IMG/VR virus record: IMGVR_UViG_3300030041_000009
Span: 62,001-126,000 of that record
DNA: 64,000 nucleotides
Direction: 5' to 3' (one strand)
In this document: positions 31,309 through 41,231 of the stretch, one piece after another
Numbering within the stretch: position 1 is the first letter of the stretch
Layout of the letters: the number at the start of each line of letters is the position of its first letter
Program-made: the position numbers and the translations under genes
The notes under the pieces: model-generated
What the model saw: only the letters and a program-made list of their open reading frames with translations
Told to the model about the DNA's origin: nothing
Database searches by the model: none

Positions 31309-34300
31309 TTAAGATGCTGTACTACTTCTATTTGATGATGTATTATTTCTAAATATTTTAAATATAATTTCGAATTCAAATGGTCTAGTTAAGCTTTCAG
31401 ATTCAATAAATATTCTTAATTTCCTTATTACATATGGAGATGTAGATAAATTAGTTGGAAATGTTATAGAATCATTTGTTCCACCAGATAATTTAAAAAA
31501 TATTTTAATAGGTAATATAAATTTACTATTTGCGTTAATTAATTCAACTCCACTTTTATCAGCATAAACATAATCGTTAATATTATCAATATATGGATGA
31601 ATAGTAACAGGAAAATCTGTTTCATAATTATTATCTGCTATCCAAGTACCTCCAGTCCAGTTAATATCATTAAAAATATTGATTGGTGTTGAATATGTAC
31701 CGCCAGAATTTGGTACTGTTGTACCAGTTAATCCAATATTCCAATTTTTAGAATATAATACCTGTCCTAATCCATTAGCATCATATGTTACTCCTGAATT
31801 ATATATAGCATTATTTCCTGATGTATCAGAAATCCAAACAAATTGATTATCAACTTGTGTTTGTAAATTATCATTTGAATCTACATATGTTGCTAATGAT
31901 CCATTTGAATATATTGGATTATAAAATCTATTATCACCAGAAATAGTAGGTACATATTTTCTATATGAAAGTAAGCCTAATTGTGAAGATTGAGATAAAT
32001 TATCAAATTCTAAATAATAATCATTAGTTGAATATGTACTATTATAATACGTTCTTGTAGTTGTACCAGACAATTCAGCATATTTTTCACATACTATTTT
32101 TTGTGTTATAGATGCGCCATTTTGTATAATAACACTATTAGTATTTTGATATAAACTAATTGAAAGTTCACCTTTAGCATTAGAAACAATTTGTTCAAGT
32201 GCTAAAATTCTATTAGTTAATGATGTTAGATAATCACTCAACATAATCATATTGCCTGAACTATCTTTAAAAGATGTACCTAAGTTTATATCTGTATGAG
32301 CAACATATAAATCGTTAACATAATATGATTGTTGTAAATGTGCAGTTAGTCCTTTTGAATTAAAATCACTTTCTATTTGATTATATATTTGATCATTTTG
32401 AGCAGATTGTAAAATTGTAGCATTTTCATTACCTACTTGTGCAAGATCATCTGGAAAATCAATAGTCATAATATTACTCCAATCAGATGTAATAAGTGCA
32501 TCAGGATATCCAACTTCTGATATTGATTTAATTCTAATATCAACTGTTTCGTTAGGATGTAATGGAATATCCAATTGATTTACTTTTTTTATATTTGCAT
32601 CAGTAACATCTTCAATATCCCATGTCCATACATTTAATGCTGAATTATAAGTTCTTGTTCTAGCATCTGTTGTAAATTGATACCAATTTGAAAAATATCC
32701 AGTTTCTGTTACACTTTGAGTTGATACACTTGGATTTTGATATGCTTTTGTTTGATCTACAATATCACCAGTTGAAATATAGTTAGTATATATATTTTCA
32801 GTTAAATTTAGATCAAATCCAACAGTAGTCGGAGCAGATCCACCTGTTGCACTATATCTATATTGAACAATAAATTGAACAACCTCTTGCTTTTGATTTT
32901 CTCCTACTGTATTTATTATAATAGGTTCTGGAACACTCCAAAATCCTCTTACACTAAATTCTGCCTCAACATCTGAAATTGCTCCAGTATTTTGTGCTGT
33001 TATTTGATTAACTATTGATGTATAAGATTTAGTCAAAGAAGATTGTTGATTTATTAAATTATTTAATGTTGTTTGACTAGCTTGTTTATCAGATGTTGAT
33101 TTATATTGTTTAGTACTAAGTTCTTTATTTTGTTCAATAATAGCATCATTTAATTGTTCTAATTGAGAATTTATAGATACTTTTTGTACATTTAAACTTT
33201 GAATTTTTGCGGAATCCGCAGTATTTGTTAAATGAGTATTTGTTTGTAAAACTTTAAAATTAGTAGCTGTTAAATTTGGTACATTTGGAATAACTCCAAA
33301 TTGACTAGGTATATTTTTAGCAATCAAATCTTTTAATATAGCGCCATAATCAAATACATTATCACTATAATATCTTGTCATAGAGACAGTACTATTAGTA
33401 TCCAATACTAAATTGTTGGTATAGAAAGATGTACCATAAGACCATGTTGACGAAATTACATTTGAATCAGTATTAATCGGTTTAATAAATATAACATTAT
33501 ACTCGTCATAACCAATAGATATTTTTATTGTTCTCGCTGGTAATACAGGACTATAAATCTTTAATCCTTGTGATAGTATAGGCACAGGATCTAAGCCTTC
33601 CACCCTCTCTAAAATAACTCTATAATTACTTTTAGCAGTACTAACTTCGTTAATTGTCCATAATGTTGATGAATCTTTTTTATTTATTATCAATTCATCT
33701 CCAACTGATAATTGTTTGGTATTCCCAGTATAATCGTAATATGTAATTGAACCTAATACATACCACATTTTATTATTTATTGTATCATTATCAATACCAA
33801 CAACATCAAATATACCATAGTATTGAAGGCTATCATAATCCAAATCAAATATTTGTTCATCATATGGTTCATTTCTCTGAAAAACTCCGTTATTTTTAGT
33901 GTTTGTATACCATGCAGTTAAATCATCAATAAAAATATCATTTCTATTTAAGAAATTATTTTCAAAATCAGATTTAGAATTTGCTCCATCAGATGTTAAA
34001 TTTCCATATTGATCTTTCTGAAATTCAATAATATATCTACGTGATAATACTTTTTTTACTTTTTGATCTATTTTATCAGTTAAATCAAGTTCAATAGCTA
34101 ATATAGGATCACATAATGATTCAAAAAAAGAATTATTTATAGAAGTAAAATTATTAATTGTATCTAAACTATCAATAGGACTAGGTTCACTATTTAAATC
34201 ATCAACATATATTCTTCTCATTGTTGTACCATCAGATACATAGGCTGTACTATCAGCTAATCCTGCTAATTTTTGAATATTTCTATTCGCAATATCTAAT

Positions 34301-34494
34301 TCATTTTTCAATTGTCCAACAGTTGGAAATTGATATGATGATGTTGTACCATCAGAATTCATTAAGTTAACGTTAATAACAGAATTTCTACTAGTTACGA
34401 CATCATTTAATTTTGTCATAACTTCCGTAGAATTTTTATTTAATACAGCTAGTTGTTCAGCTAATGATACAAAACTATTTTGTTGATTTATCAT
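31309..34494 (-). CDS. Large putative virion protein with central coiled coil, 1061 aa
   Basis: Size, Q-rich heptads, promoter-like motif upstream. Confidence 0.55.
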   Translation of the reverse strand: MINQQNSFVSLAEQLAVLNKNSTEVMTKLNDVVTSRNSVINVNLMNSDGTTSSYQFPTVGQLKNELDIANRNIQKLAGLADSTAYVSDGTTMRRIYVDDLNSEPSPIDSLDTINNFTSINNSFFESLCDPILAIELDLTDKIDQKVKKVLSRRYIIEFQKDQYGNLTSDGANSKSDFENNFLNRNDIFIDDLTAWYTNTKNNGVFQRNEPYDEQIFDLDYDSLQYYGIFDVVGIDNDTINNKMWYVLGSITYYDYTGNTKQLSVGDELIINKKDSSTLWTINEVSTAKSNYRVILERVEGLDPVPILSQGLKIYSPVLPARTIKISIGYDEYNVIFIKPINTDSNVISSTWSYGTSFYTNNLVLDTNSTVSMTRYYSDNVFDYGAILKDLIAKNIPSQFGVIPNVPNLTATNFKVLQTNTHLTNTADSAKIQSLNVQKVSINSQLEQLNDAIIEQNKELSTKQYKSTSDKQASQTTLNNLINQQSSLTKSYTSIVNQITAQNTGAISDVEAEFSVRGFWSVPEPIIINTVGENQKQEVVQFIVQYRYSATGGSAPTTVGFDLNLTENIYTNYISTGDIVDQTKAYQNPSVSTQSVTETGYFSNWYQFTTDARTRTYNSALNVWTWDIEDVTDANIKKVNQLDIPLHPNETVDIRIKSISEVGYPDALITSDWSNIMTIDFPDDLAQVGNENATILQSAQNDQIYNQIESDFNSKGLTAHLQQSYYVNDLYVAHTDINLGTSFKDSSGNMIMLSDYLTSLTNRILALEQIVSNAKGELSISLYQNTNSVIIQNGASITQKIVCEKYAELSGTTTRTYYNSTYSTNDYYLEFDNLSQSSQLGLLSYRKYVPTISGDNRFYNPIYSNGSLATYVDSNDNLQTQVDNQFVWISDTSGNNAIYNSGVTYDANGLGQVLYSKNWNIGLTGTTVPNSGGTYSTPINIFNDINWTGGTWIADNNYETDFPVTIHPYIDNINDYVYADKSGVELINANSKFILPIKIFFKLSGGTNDSITFPTNLSTSPYVIRKLRIFIESESLTRPFEFEIIFKIFRNNTSSNRSSTAS

Positions 34495-34587
34495 GTTTAA
34501 TAATTTAATTTTTATCTATATATAAAAAAAATCTATTTCATTCGAAATAAAATTCATGCAAGATCATGATATATACTATATATAATA

Positions 34588-35370
34588 TTATATATTAAAT
34601 TTATTAACATTTATTGCCACATCTTCAGCATTTTTGAAATATTTTTTTAGTTCTTTTGGTACCCCGTATTGAGCTAACATTATATCTTTATCTAATGAAT
34701 CTTTAATTATATCAAAAAATCCTTCGTCTTTAGATTTTAATCTTTTGTAAAAATTTTTTATATGTTCAATAATAGGATAATATTTTATCATTAGATTATA
34801 ATTACATTCTTTTGTATCTCTCACCATGTTTTTACCATGCATATCGTGATCTCCTGATGTTCCTCCTATAAAATATTGAAATTCTCCATATTTATTTTCA
34901 AGAACTCCACCAAGTCTTTTTATAAGTATTGTCATAGCATACATCCTTTCATATCTTACAGTTATATTAGTATTAATATTTCTAGATTTATAATAACCTT
35001 TATCATCTTTTTCATTATTATAAAAATCAATTTGTTCTTGATTGATATAATCACGAACTCCTTTATTTTTATAAAGTTTATTTAATTTTGCATATGTTGG
35101 AGTCATTAATTTTGCCATATCATCTGATATGTATAATATATCTCCACTTAAATAAAAAGGTTGTTGTTTAATAATATTAATATTTTCAGATAAATAATTC
35201 ATTTTTTTATGTCTTTCAGGTATTGATTCGCCTTCTTTCCATATATCATTAATATTTCCACAATTTGGACATTTAACTATTTTGGTCATAGGTAACCAGC
35301 CTATCCATCCACATTCAAGACAATGATATTCAACTTCTAATTTTGTTTCAAAATATTTTAAGTATTTCAT
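34588..35370 (-). CDS. CTS-like/FNI-tagged protein with N-terminal Zn ribbon
   Basis: MKYLKYFE, CLECG..CPNCG, ends KFNI. Confidence 0.6.
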   Translation of the reverse strand: MKYLKYFETKLEVEYHCLECGWIGWLPMTKIVKCPNCGNINDIWKEGESIPERHKKMNYLSENINIIKQQPFYLSGDILYISDDMAKLMTPTYAKLNKLYKNKGVRDYINQEQIDFYNNEKDDKGYYKSRNINTNITVRYERMYAMTILIKRLGGVLENKYGEFQYFIGGTSGDHDMHGKNMVRDTKECNYNLMIKYYPIIEHIKNFYKRLKSKDEGFFDIIKDSLDKDIMLAQYGVPKELKKYFKNAEDVAINVNKFNI

Positions 35371-35714
35371 AAATTAAATTGTTTAGATTTTGATATTTCA
35401 GGATGCTCTTTATCTAACCATTTTTTATATTCAATTAGATTATTATAAGGTAATTTAGTGTTATAGCAACGTAATTCAGTCATAGTTTCTGGTAATATAG
35501 GTAACTCAGATAAATTATGATTATGAGAACATTTTAAATGTTTCAAATTAGGAGGTAATTTTTTAATTTTAGTTAAAAAATTATTATTACAATATAAAGT
35601 AATTAAACTATCTGGTAATTCAGGTAATTCAGTTAAATTATCTCCAGAGCAATCAATAGTAGTTATATTATTGATTCCTTTTGATATTGATTCAAATGTT
35701 TTAATATATTTCAT
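35367..35714 (-). CDS. CTS-like/FNL-tagged leucine-rich-repeat protein
   Basis: LTELPELPDSLITLYCNNN / LSELPILP bacterial-type LRRs; ends QFNL. Confidence 0.75.
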   Translation of the reverse strand: MKYIKTFESISKGINNITTIDCSGDNLTELPELPDSLITLYCNNNFLTKIKKLPPNLKHLKCSHNHNLSELPILPETMTELRCYNTKLPYNNLIEYKKWLDKEHPEISKSKQFNL

Positions 35715-36049
35715 AAGTTAAATTTCTTTATATTACGTTGTATTTCAGCTTCTTCTTTCACAGTTTCTTTGTTTTTACCAAATGCTAAAATAGAATTCAT
35801 TGGAAAAATCTTTATATGATCAGGATTAAAATGAGTATTTAGATTCTTTGGTATATTAAAAAATTTGATTTTAATACCTTTTCCGTTATATACATTTCCA
35901 AATCCAACAACTTTGCCAATATTATTATTCAAAAAATAAAAAATATCATCATAACTTGGACCTAGTATATTATTAAGTTTATCTATAATAATATAATCCC
36001 CAATTTCAGGATTATTATTAATATTTTCAAATCTTTTTAAATATTTCAT
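35711..36049 (-). CDS. CTS-like/FNL-tagged small protein
   Basis: MKYLKRFE..IGDYII..KFNL. Confidence 0.6.
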   Translation of the reverse strand: MKYLKRFENINNNPEIGDYIIIDKLNNILGPSYDDIFYFLNNNIGKVVGFGNVYNGKGIKIKFFNIPKNLNTHFNPDHIKIFPMNSILAFGKNKETVKEEAEIQRNIKKFNL

Positions 36050-36309
36050 ATGTTAAATTTATTTGATATATTATCTAATTCATATTTTTCAATTTCTTTT
36101 TTAGATAATTTTCTTTTTATGTCCTTATATTCTAAAAAATGAATATCTCCATTTACTCCAATAACGTTATATGGATAATATGCATTTTTTACAATATCAA
36201 CAATTTTAAATATTTTACTAGTTCCTACATATATATTATTATGAACAATTATATAATCATCAATATTATATTCTTTTTCCTTATTTTCAAATCTTTTTAA
36301 GTATTTCAT
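36046..36309 (-). CDS. CTS-like/FNI-tagged small protein
   Basis: MKYLKRFE..KFNI. Confidence 0.6.
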   Translation of the reverse strand: MKYLKRFENKEKEYNIDDYIIVHNNIYVGTSKIFKIVDIVKNAYYPYNVIGVNGDIHFLEYKDIKRKLSKKEIEKYELDNISNKFNI

Positions 36310-37004
36310 TTCACTATCAATATAAATTTTATTGGATCGCCTTCATCATCAACGCTACATTCAACTTTGTTTCTCCACATTTTTTTAGAAGCCCAATTAT
36401 CTAATGATCTGAATGGACGATTCATATTTATATCATCATCAGTGAATTGATCTCTTGTTATATAAATAATCACTTTATTGTCTGATATTTCTACTTTTGT
36501 TTTCTTCTTACCTTTGTAAAATTGTTCACAATCTTGTTTTATCTTTGATAGTATTGGTAATTTTTTAGCATCAGTATTCTGTATTATTTTATTAACAAAC
36601 TGCATAGATTTATATTTAGATATTGATCCAAAAAATTCTTTAGTAAATATAAATTCTCCAACAACATAACTCCTTTGTGTATCTAAATCTAAAAATCCAT
36701 ATCTTAATGTAGAATTTTCTTTTATACCAAAAAAGAATGCTAATTTATTATCTTTTATTTGTAATAATATTTCATATGCTGATGCTAATGAGTGTTTATA
36801 TTTAAAAATATCTACATAATCTTCTATTCCTGTTATAGTTTCAGTTGAAAAAAATACATGATATTTGTATAATTTTCTATATGTATCATTCGAAATAAAA
36901 TGATAATCATGATTTGAAACTATCTGCAAATAAGTTAAAAATGAATTCTTTCCAGATAATTCATATGTTTCATTTAATGTATATTTTTTAAAATTTGTTA
37001 TCAT
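36306..37004 (-). CDS. Hypothetical protein (probable start MITNFKKYTLNE)
   Basis: ORF; CTS-like leader. Confidence 0.55.
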   Translation of the reverse strand: MITNFKKYTLNETYELSGKNSFLTYLQIVSNHDYHFISNDTYRKLYKYHVFFSTETITGIEDYVDIFKYKHSLASAYEILLQIKDNKLAFFFGIKENSTLRYGFLDLDTQRSYVVGEFIFTKEFFGSISKYKSMQFVNKIIQNTDAKKLPILSKIKQDCEQFYKGKKKTKVEISDNKVIIYITRDQFTDDDINMNRPFRSLDNWASKKMWRNKVECSVDDEGDPIKFILIVK

Positions 37005-37347
37005 AATTAAATTGTTCAAATGTTTTTATGTGTTTATTCTCGCCCATTAAAGTATTAGGCACATTCTGTGAATCCGTTTGATTGAATACATTATTTTTAG
37101 TTTGAACTTTAAATTTATCATAAAGAATTTTAGCAATTTTATTAATATCTAAATCATTCATTGTTGCTTGATCGATGTAATTACTTATCTCACTTTTAAT
37201 TTCATCAGATTGATTGAAAATTTCATCATTAAATGTTTGCACATCACTTTTCTTTATTTCTTTATCTTGAGAAATTAATCTTTTGATTTCTTCTTGAACT
37301 AAATCAAAATATTTTTTTACTAAATCTTCATTTCTTGTATCTATCAT
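36988..37347 (-). CDS. Hypothetical protein with CTS-like HIKTFEQF near its C-terminus
   Basis: ORF; promoter-like motif upstream. Confidence 0.55.
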   Translation of the reverse strand: MIDTRNEDLVKKYFDLVQEEIKRLISQDKEIKKSDVQTFNDEIFNQSDEIKSEISNYIDQATMNDLDINKIAKILYDKFKVQTKNNVFNQTDSQNVPNTLMGENKHIKTFEQFNYDNKF

Positions 37348-37437
37348 AATAGATGTTTTTTCTTTATATATAAATAAAAAAAAACTTAAAACTATTTTTA
37401 TAATAGAACATCTAATAAAATAACGTTATATGAAAAT

Positions 37438-38565
37438 ATGAAAATTTTAATTGTGCTATCATTGCTAATTTCTTTTTTATTTATAATATCATTATTATAT
37501 TTTTTAATAAATATAGTATATTTTGAATATATAAAAAGAAGGAATTTTATAATTCTAAAAAAAAATATTGTAATATTAAATAAAAGAATAAAAAAATTAA
37601 AAAATAAAATAAATGAATTACCTGATGAATTATTAATAAAATATAATGATTCAATCTATGATAAAATAACTAAGATTGATGTGAATATAAATGTTTATAT
37701 CAAATTGAAAAATATGTATAAATCATTAATTGAATATAAACAAATTGTTAATAGTATAGATGATTCAATATATTTAATATCAAAAAGTAAATCTGATATT
37801 GAAATTTATATGCAAACTAATTATCCAAATTGTGAAAAATATATCAAATCTGAATTAAATAATCTTACCGTAGATATTAATATGAATGATAATGAGTATA
37901 CAATTAATAGAATGAAGAAGTTAATTAAAGAAAAAAACTTATTAGATAATAAATTGAATAAATCTTTAACTAAAATTGTTAAAATTAATAATATTGTTAT
38001 AGATTATCAAAACATTAATAAAAAAATTGATGAATTAACGAAAATAGATATCATATGCTATAATGATAAAAAAATATTAGAACATGCTAAAGTTGGTAAT
38101 AGATATCATAATCTTAGTAATATAAATCTTGATTATTATGCTGATAAAATGAAAAATGATTTGAATAGTAGTTTAAAATTATTAAATGATGAAGATTTTG
38201 ATAATGCTATATTATATTATGGTAATTATGTAACATGTATGTCTTTATTAAATAAATCATTTAATTGCGTAATAAATTTATTAAAAGATTATAATAATAG
38301 TAATAATTATATTAAATCTAATAGTAAAGACATAATTAATCTAACAAGCAAAATTGAAGAAAAAATATTTAAATTAGGAGTTAAAATTTGTAATAGAAAT
38401 CTATATTCAGAATATAAAAATGATATATTAATTTATAAAAAATTTTTAAATTTTGATATTATTTCTGCTGCAGAAAAACATAAAGAAATTATTAAGAATC
38501 TTGAAAAATTATTAAATGATATTGATAATAATATTATAAGTTATTATAAAAATAAAAAAGTGTAG
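37438..38565 (+). CDS. N-terminally membrane-anchored coiled-coil protein
   Basis: Hydrophobic residues 3-28 followed by helical K/N/I-rich sequence. Confidence 0.55.
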   Translation: MKILIVLSLLISFLFIISLLYFLINIVYFEYIKRRNFIILKKNIVILNKRIKKLKNKINELPDELLIKYNDSIYDKITKIDVNINVYIKLKNMYKSLIEYKQIVNSIDDSIYLISKSKSDIEIYMQTNYPNCEKYIKSELNNLTVDINMNDNEYTINRMKKLIKEKNLLDNKLNKSLTKIVKINNIVIDYQNINKKIDELTKIDIICYNDKKILEHAKVGNRYHNLSNINLDYYADKMKNDLNSSLKLLNDEDFDNAILYYGNYVTCMSLLNKSFNCVINLLKDYNNSNNYIKSNSKDIINLTSKIEEKIFKLGVKICNRNLYSEYKNDILIYKKFLNFDIISAAEKHKEIIKNLEKLLNDIDNNIISYYKNKKV

Positions 38566-38581
38566 AAATTTCTACACTTTT
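38556..38581. terminator. Perfect 26-bp palindrome overlapping two convergent stop codons
   Basis: aaaagtgtagaaa|tttctacactttt. Confidence 0.65.
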
Positions 38582-39327
38582 GGATTTATTTTTTCAATTT
38601 TATTTTTATAGTATATAATATATGCATTATTAAAATAAAAATTTTTCATTAAATCTTTATAATAATAGTCTTTAATTTTAGTTAAATCTCCTCTAATACT
38701 AGCTGTATTATTTAGAAATAATTTTATTTCTATTTTACCAATATTCTGCCAATCGCCAGTTCTATGTTTTATCTCAATACATTTTTCATTAAATATTAAT
38801 TCGTAAAAACTTTCAAAATTATCATAATCATCTTTAAAATTTATTTTTATTGAGTTTTTATCTAAATTATAAACATCTACATTTAGATAATTTTTATTGA
38901 ATTTGAAATCTTTATCAATAAGATTATATTTATTTTTGAATTTGAACCAATCAATGACAGTATTTATACTTTCACAGTTATTTTCAGGAGGTTTACCTCT
39001 ATCATCATATTTTAATGAAAAAATATTTTTTATAAATTCATTAATTTTATCATCAGGATTAAATTTAGAAAAATGATTCATCACTTCTTTTTCAACTTCT
39101 GAATAATTTTTTATATCATAAAGATTACGATAAAAATTATCAGGTATATCTAATTTTAATGTATTGTATTTTTGTACAATTTTTTGAATTTTATTTTGGT
39201 GATAATCATCTCTTCTACTTATATATCCAAATCCTTGATCATATATAGCATCAAATACTTTATTTAAATCAGATTCTGATTTAATTTGAGGCATTTTGAA
39301 TTCTTCTTTTTCTTTATTATTTTCCAT
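38572..39327 (-). CDS. Hypothetical protein
   Basis: ORF. Confidence 0.55.
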   Translation of the reverse strand: MENNKEKEEFKMPQIKSESDLNKVFDAIYDQGFGYISRRDDYHQNKIQKIVQKYNTLKLDIPDNFYRNLYDIKNYSEVEKEVMNHFSKFNPDDKINEFIKNIFSLKYDDRGKPPENNCESINTVIDWFKFKNKYNLIDKDFKFNKNYLNVDVYNLDKNSIKINFKDDYDNFESFYELIFNEKCIEIKHRTGDWQNIGKIEIKLFLNNTASIRGDLTKIKDYYYKDLMKNFYFNNAYIIYYKNKIEKINPKV

Positions 39328-39380
39328 TAAATTTGAATTTCATTTTTTTATATATATTAAAAAAAGAATATCAATTTTTT

Positions 39381-39776
39381 ATGTTAAACAAATATTTAGA
39401 TTTTATAAATGAAAATTTTAATATAGCTGAAGGTTATGTAAGTCATCCAACTGTTATATACTGGAATGAAAATGTAAATGATGTATTAAATGATGAGTGG
39501 TTTGATATATCAGTTAGTAGATATGGTTATCCTATATATATTATTAAATTTAGAATTGGAAATGATAAAAATGATACTCATAATTATTATCAAGCAGTAC
39601 TTGAAAATAAAGGATCAAATGATATTTATTATATGGAAAATCCTGAACCTTTTATTGCTAAATTTAAAACAGAATTTTCAAAAAATTCGTTAGAATATAT
39701 AAATAATATGAAATATGATCCAAAAGCACTAGGTGATTTGAGTTCTATTAGAGCATCAGCAAAATTTAATTTATAA
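39381..39776 (+). CDS. CTS-like/FNL-tagged protein (probable start 39381)
   Basis: MLNKYLDFINE...KFNL. Confidence 0.6.
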   Translation: MLNKYLDFINENFNIAEGYVSHPTVIYWNENVNDVLNDEWFDISVSRYGYPIYIIKFRIGNDKNDTHNYYQAVLENKGSNDIYYMENPEPFIAKFKTEFSKNSLEYINNMKYDPKALGDLSSIRASAKFNL

Positions 39777-39803
39777 AAAAGTTCAGAAAAATCTGAACTT
39801 TTT
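39775..39803. terminator. Bidirectional terminator
   Basis: aaaaagttcaga-aaaa-tctgaacttttt. Confidence 0.8.
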
Positions 39804-39805
39804 AT

Positions 39806-40507
39806 TTAAATATTATGTTTTATTATTTTTAAAAATTTTGGATTAAAACTATCATAGGTATAAAAACCGTTACTATAATTAGGATCAGTATGAATAATAT
39901 TTTTATCACTCATTTCTACCTCATATAAATTATAATTTCTATTTATATCTTTTAACTTATCATCGTATTTTAATGATTTTAATAATTTATCGCAATCATT
40001 AATATTTCTAAATAAATATATTCTTTCAGGATATTCACCTTTTCTATTATGAGTTTTTACTAATAATCCAATTCTATTTATTTTATCTTCATTATTAACT
40101 GGAGATAAATGATATGCAACATTAGGAACCTTTATATCATTTTTATAAAAACCATCATCATATTTAGCTTCAAATATAATTTTAATTGATTTATATTTAT
40201 TTGATAAATACTTTTTATCAAATTTAAACCCATTTTTACCAATATTATTTTCAACTGTTATATATGATGAAAAATAACCTAATTGATCTTCAATATAATC
40301 AATAATATATTCAAAATCAACGAAATCAAAATTATTAGTATTTAATAATGTAAGATCAAATTTTAATTTACTATAAATTTTTATTTTAAATTTAAATCCA
40401 ATTAAATATAATTCTCTTTCTAAACTACTTTCACAATTAATTATATTATGAGTTCTGATTAATCCTTCTTTGATTAATTCTACATATTCTTTATAATTAT
40501 CTATCAT
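39806..40507 (-). CDS. ADP-ribosyltransferase-fold protein, tandem paralog
   Basis: AYHLSP..N..KI...GL...RIYLF...DPNY..GFYTY. Confidence 0.6.
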   Translation of the reverse strand: MIDNYKEYVELIKEGLIRTHNIINCESSLERELYLIGFKFKIKIYSKLKFDLTLLNTNNFDFVDFEYIIDYIEDQLGYFSSYITVENNIGKNGFKFDKKYLSNKYKSIKIIFEAKYDDGFYKNDIKVPNVAYHLSPVNNEDKINRIGLLVKTHNRKGEYPERIYLFRNINDCDKLLKSLKYDDKLKDINRNYNLYEVEMSDKNIIHTDPNYSNGFYTYDSFNPKFLKIIKHNI

Positions 40508-40517
40508 TAATTAAATA

Positions 40518-41213
40518 TTATGTTTTTATTATTTTTAAAAATTTTGGATTAAAACTATCATAGGTATAAAAACCGTTACTGTAATTAGGATCAGTATGTA
40601 TAATATTTTTATCACTCATTTCAACCTCATATAAATTATAATTTTTATTTATACCTTTTAATTTATCATCAATTTTAAGCGAATTTAATAAATCATCATA
40701 TTCATTAATATCAGCAAATAAATATATTCTTTCAGGATGTTCACCTTTTCTATTATATGCCTTTACGCATAATCCATTTTTATTTATTTTATCTTCATTA
40801 TCAACTGGTGATAAGTGATATGCAATTTTAGGAACTTTTATAATATTTTTATAAAATCCATCATCGTACTTAGCTTCAAAATTTATCTTAATTGATTTAT
40901 ATTTATTTGATAAATACTTTTTATCAAATTTAAACCCATTTTTACCAATATTATTTTCAACTGTTATATATGAAGGATAATATCCTAATTGTTTTTCAAT
41001 ATAATTAACAATATATTCAAGATAATCATTATCAATAATATTAGTTTTATATAATGATAGATCAAATTTTAATTTATTGTAAATTTTTATTTCAAATTTA
41101 ATCCCAATTAAATATAACTCTCTTTCTAAACTACCTTCATATGTTATTATATTATGAGTTCTAATTAGTCCTTCTTTTATTAGTTCTACATATTCATTAT
41201 ATGTTTCTATCAT
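40518..41213 (-). CDS. ADP-ribosyltransferase-fold protein, tandem paralog
   Basis: Highly similar to 39806..40507 at DNA and protein level. Confidence 0.6.
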   Translation of the reverse strand: MIETYNEYVELIKEGLIRTHNIITYEGSLERELYLIGIKFEIKIYNKLKFDLSLYKTNIIDNDYLEYIVNYIEKQLGYYPSYITVENNIGKNGFKFDKKYLSNKYKSIKINFEAKYDDGFYKNIIKVPKIAYHLSPVDNEDKINKNGLCVKAYNRKGEHPERIYLFADINEYDDLLNSLKIDDKLKGINKNYNLYEVEMSDKNIIHTDPNYSNGFYTYDSFNPKFLKIIKT

Positions 41214-41231
41214 ATTTTATATTTATAATTT

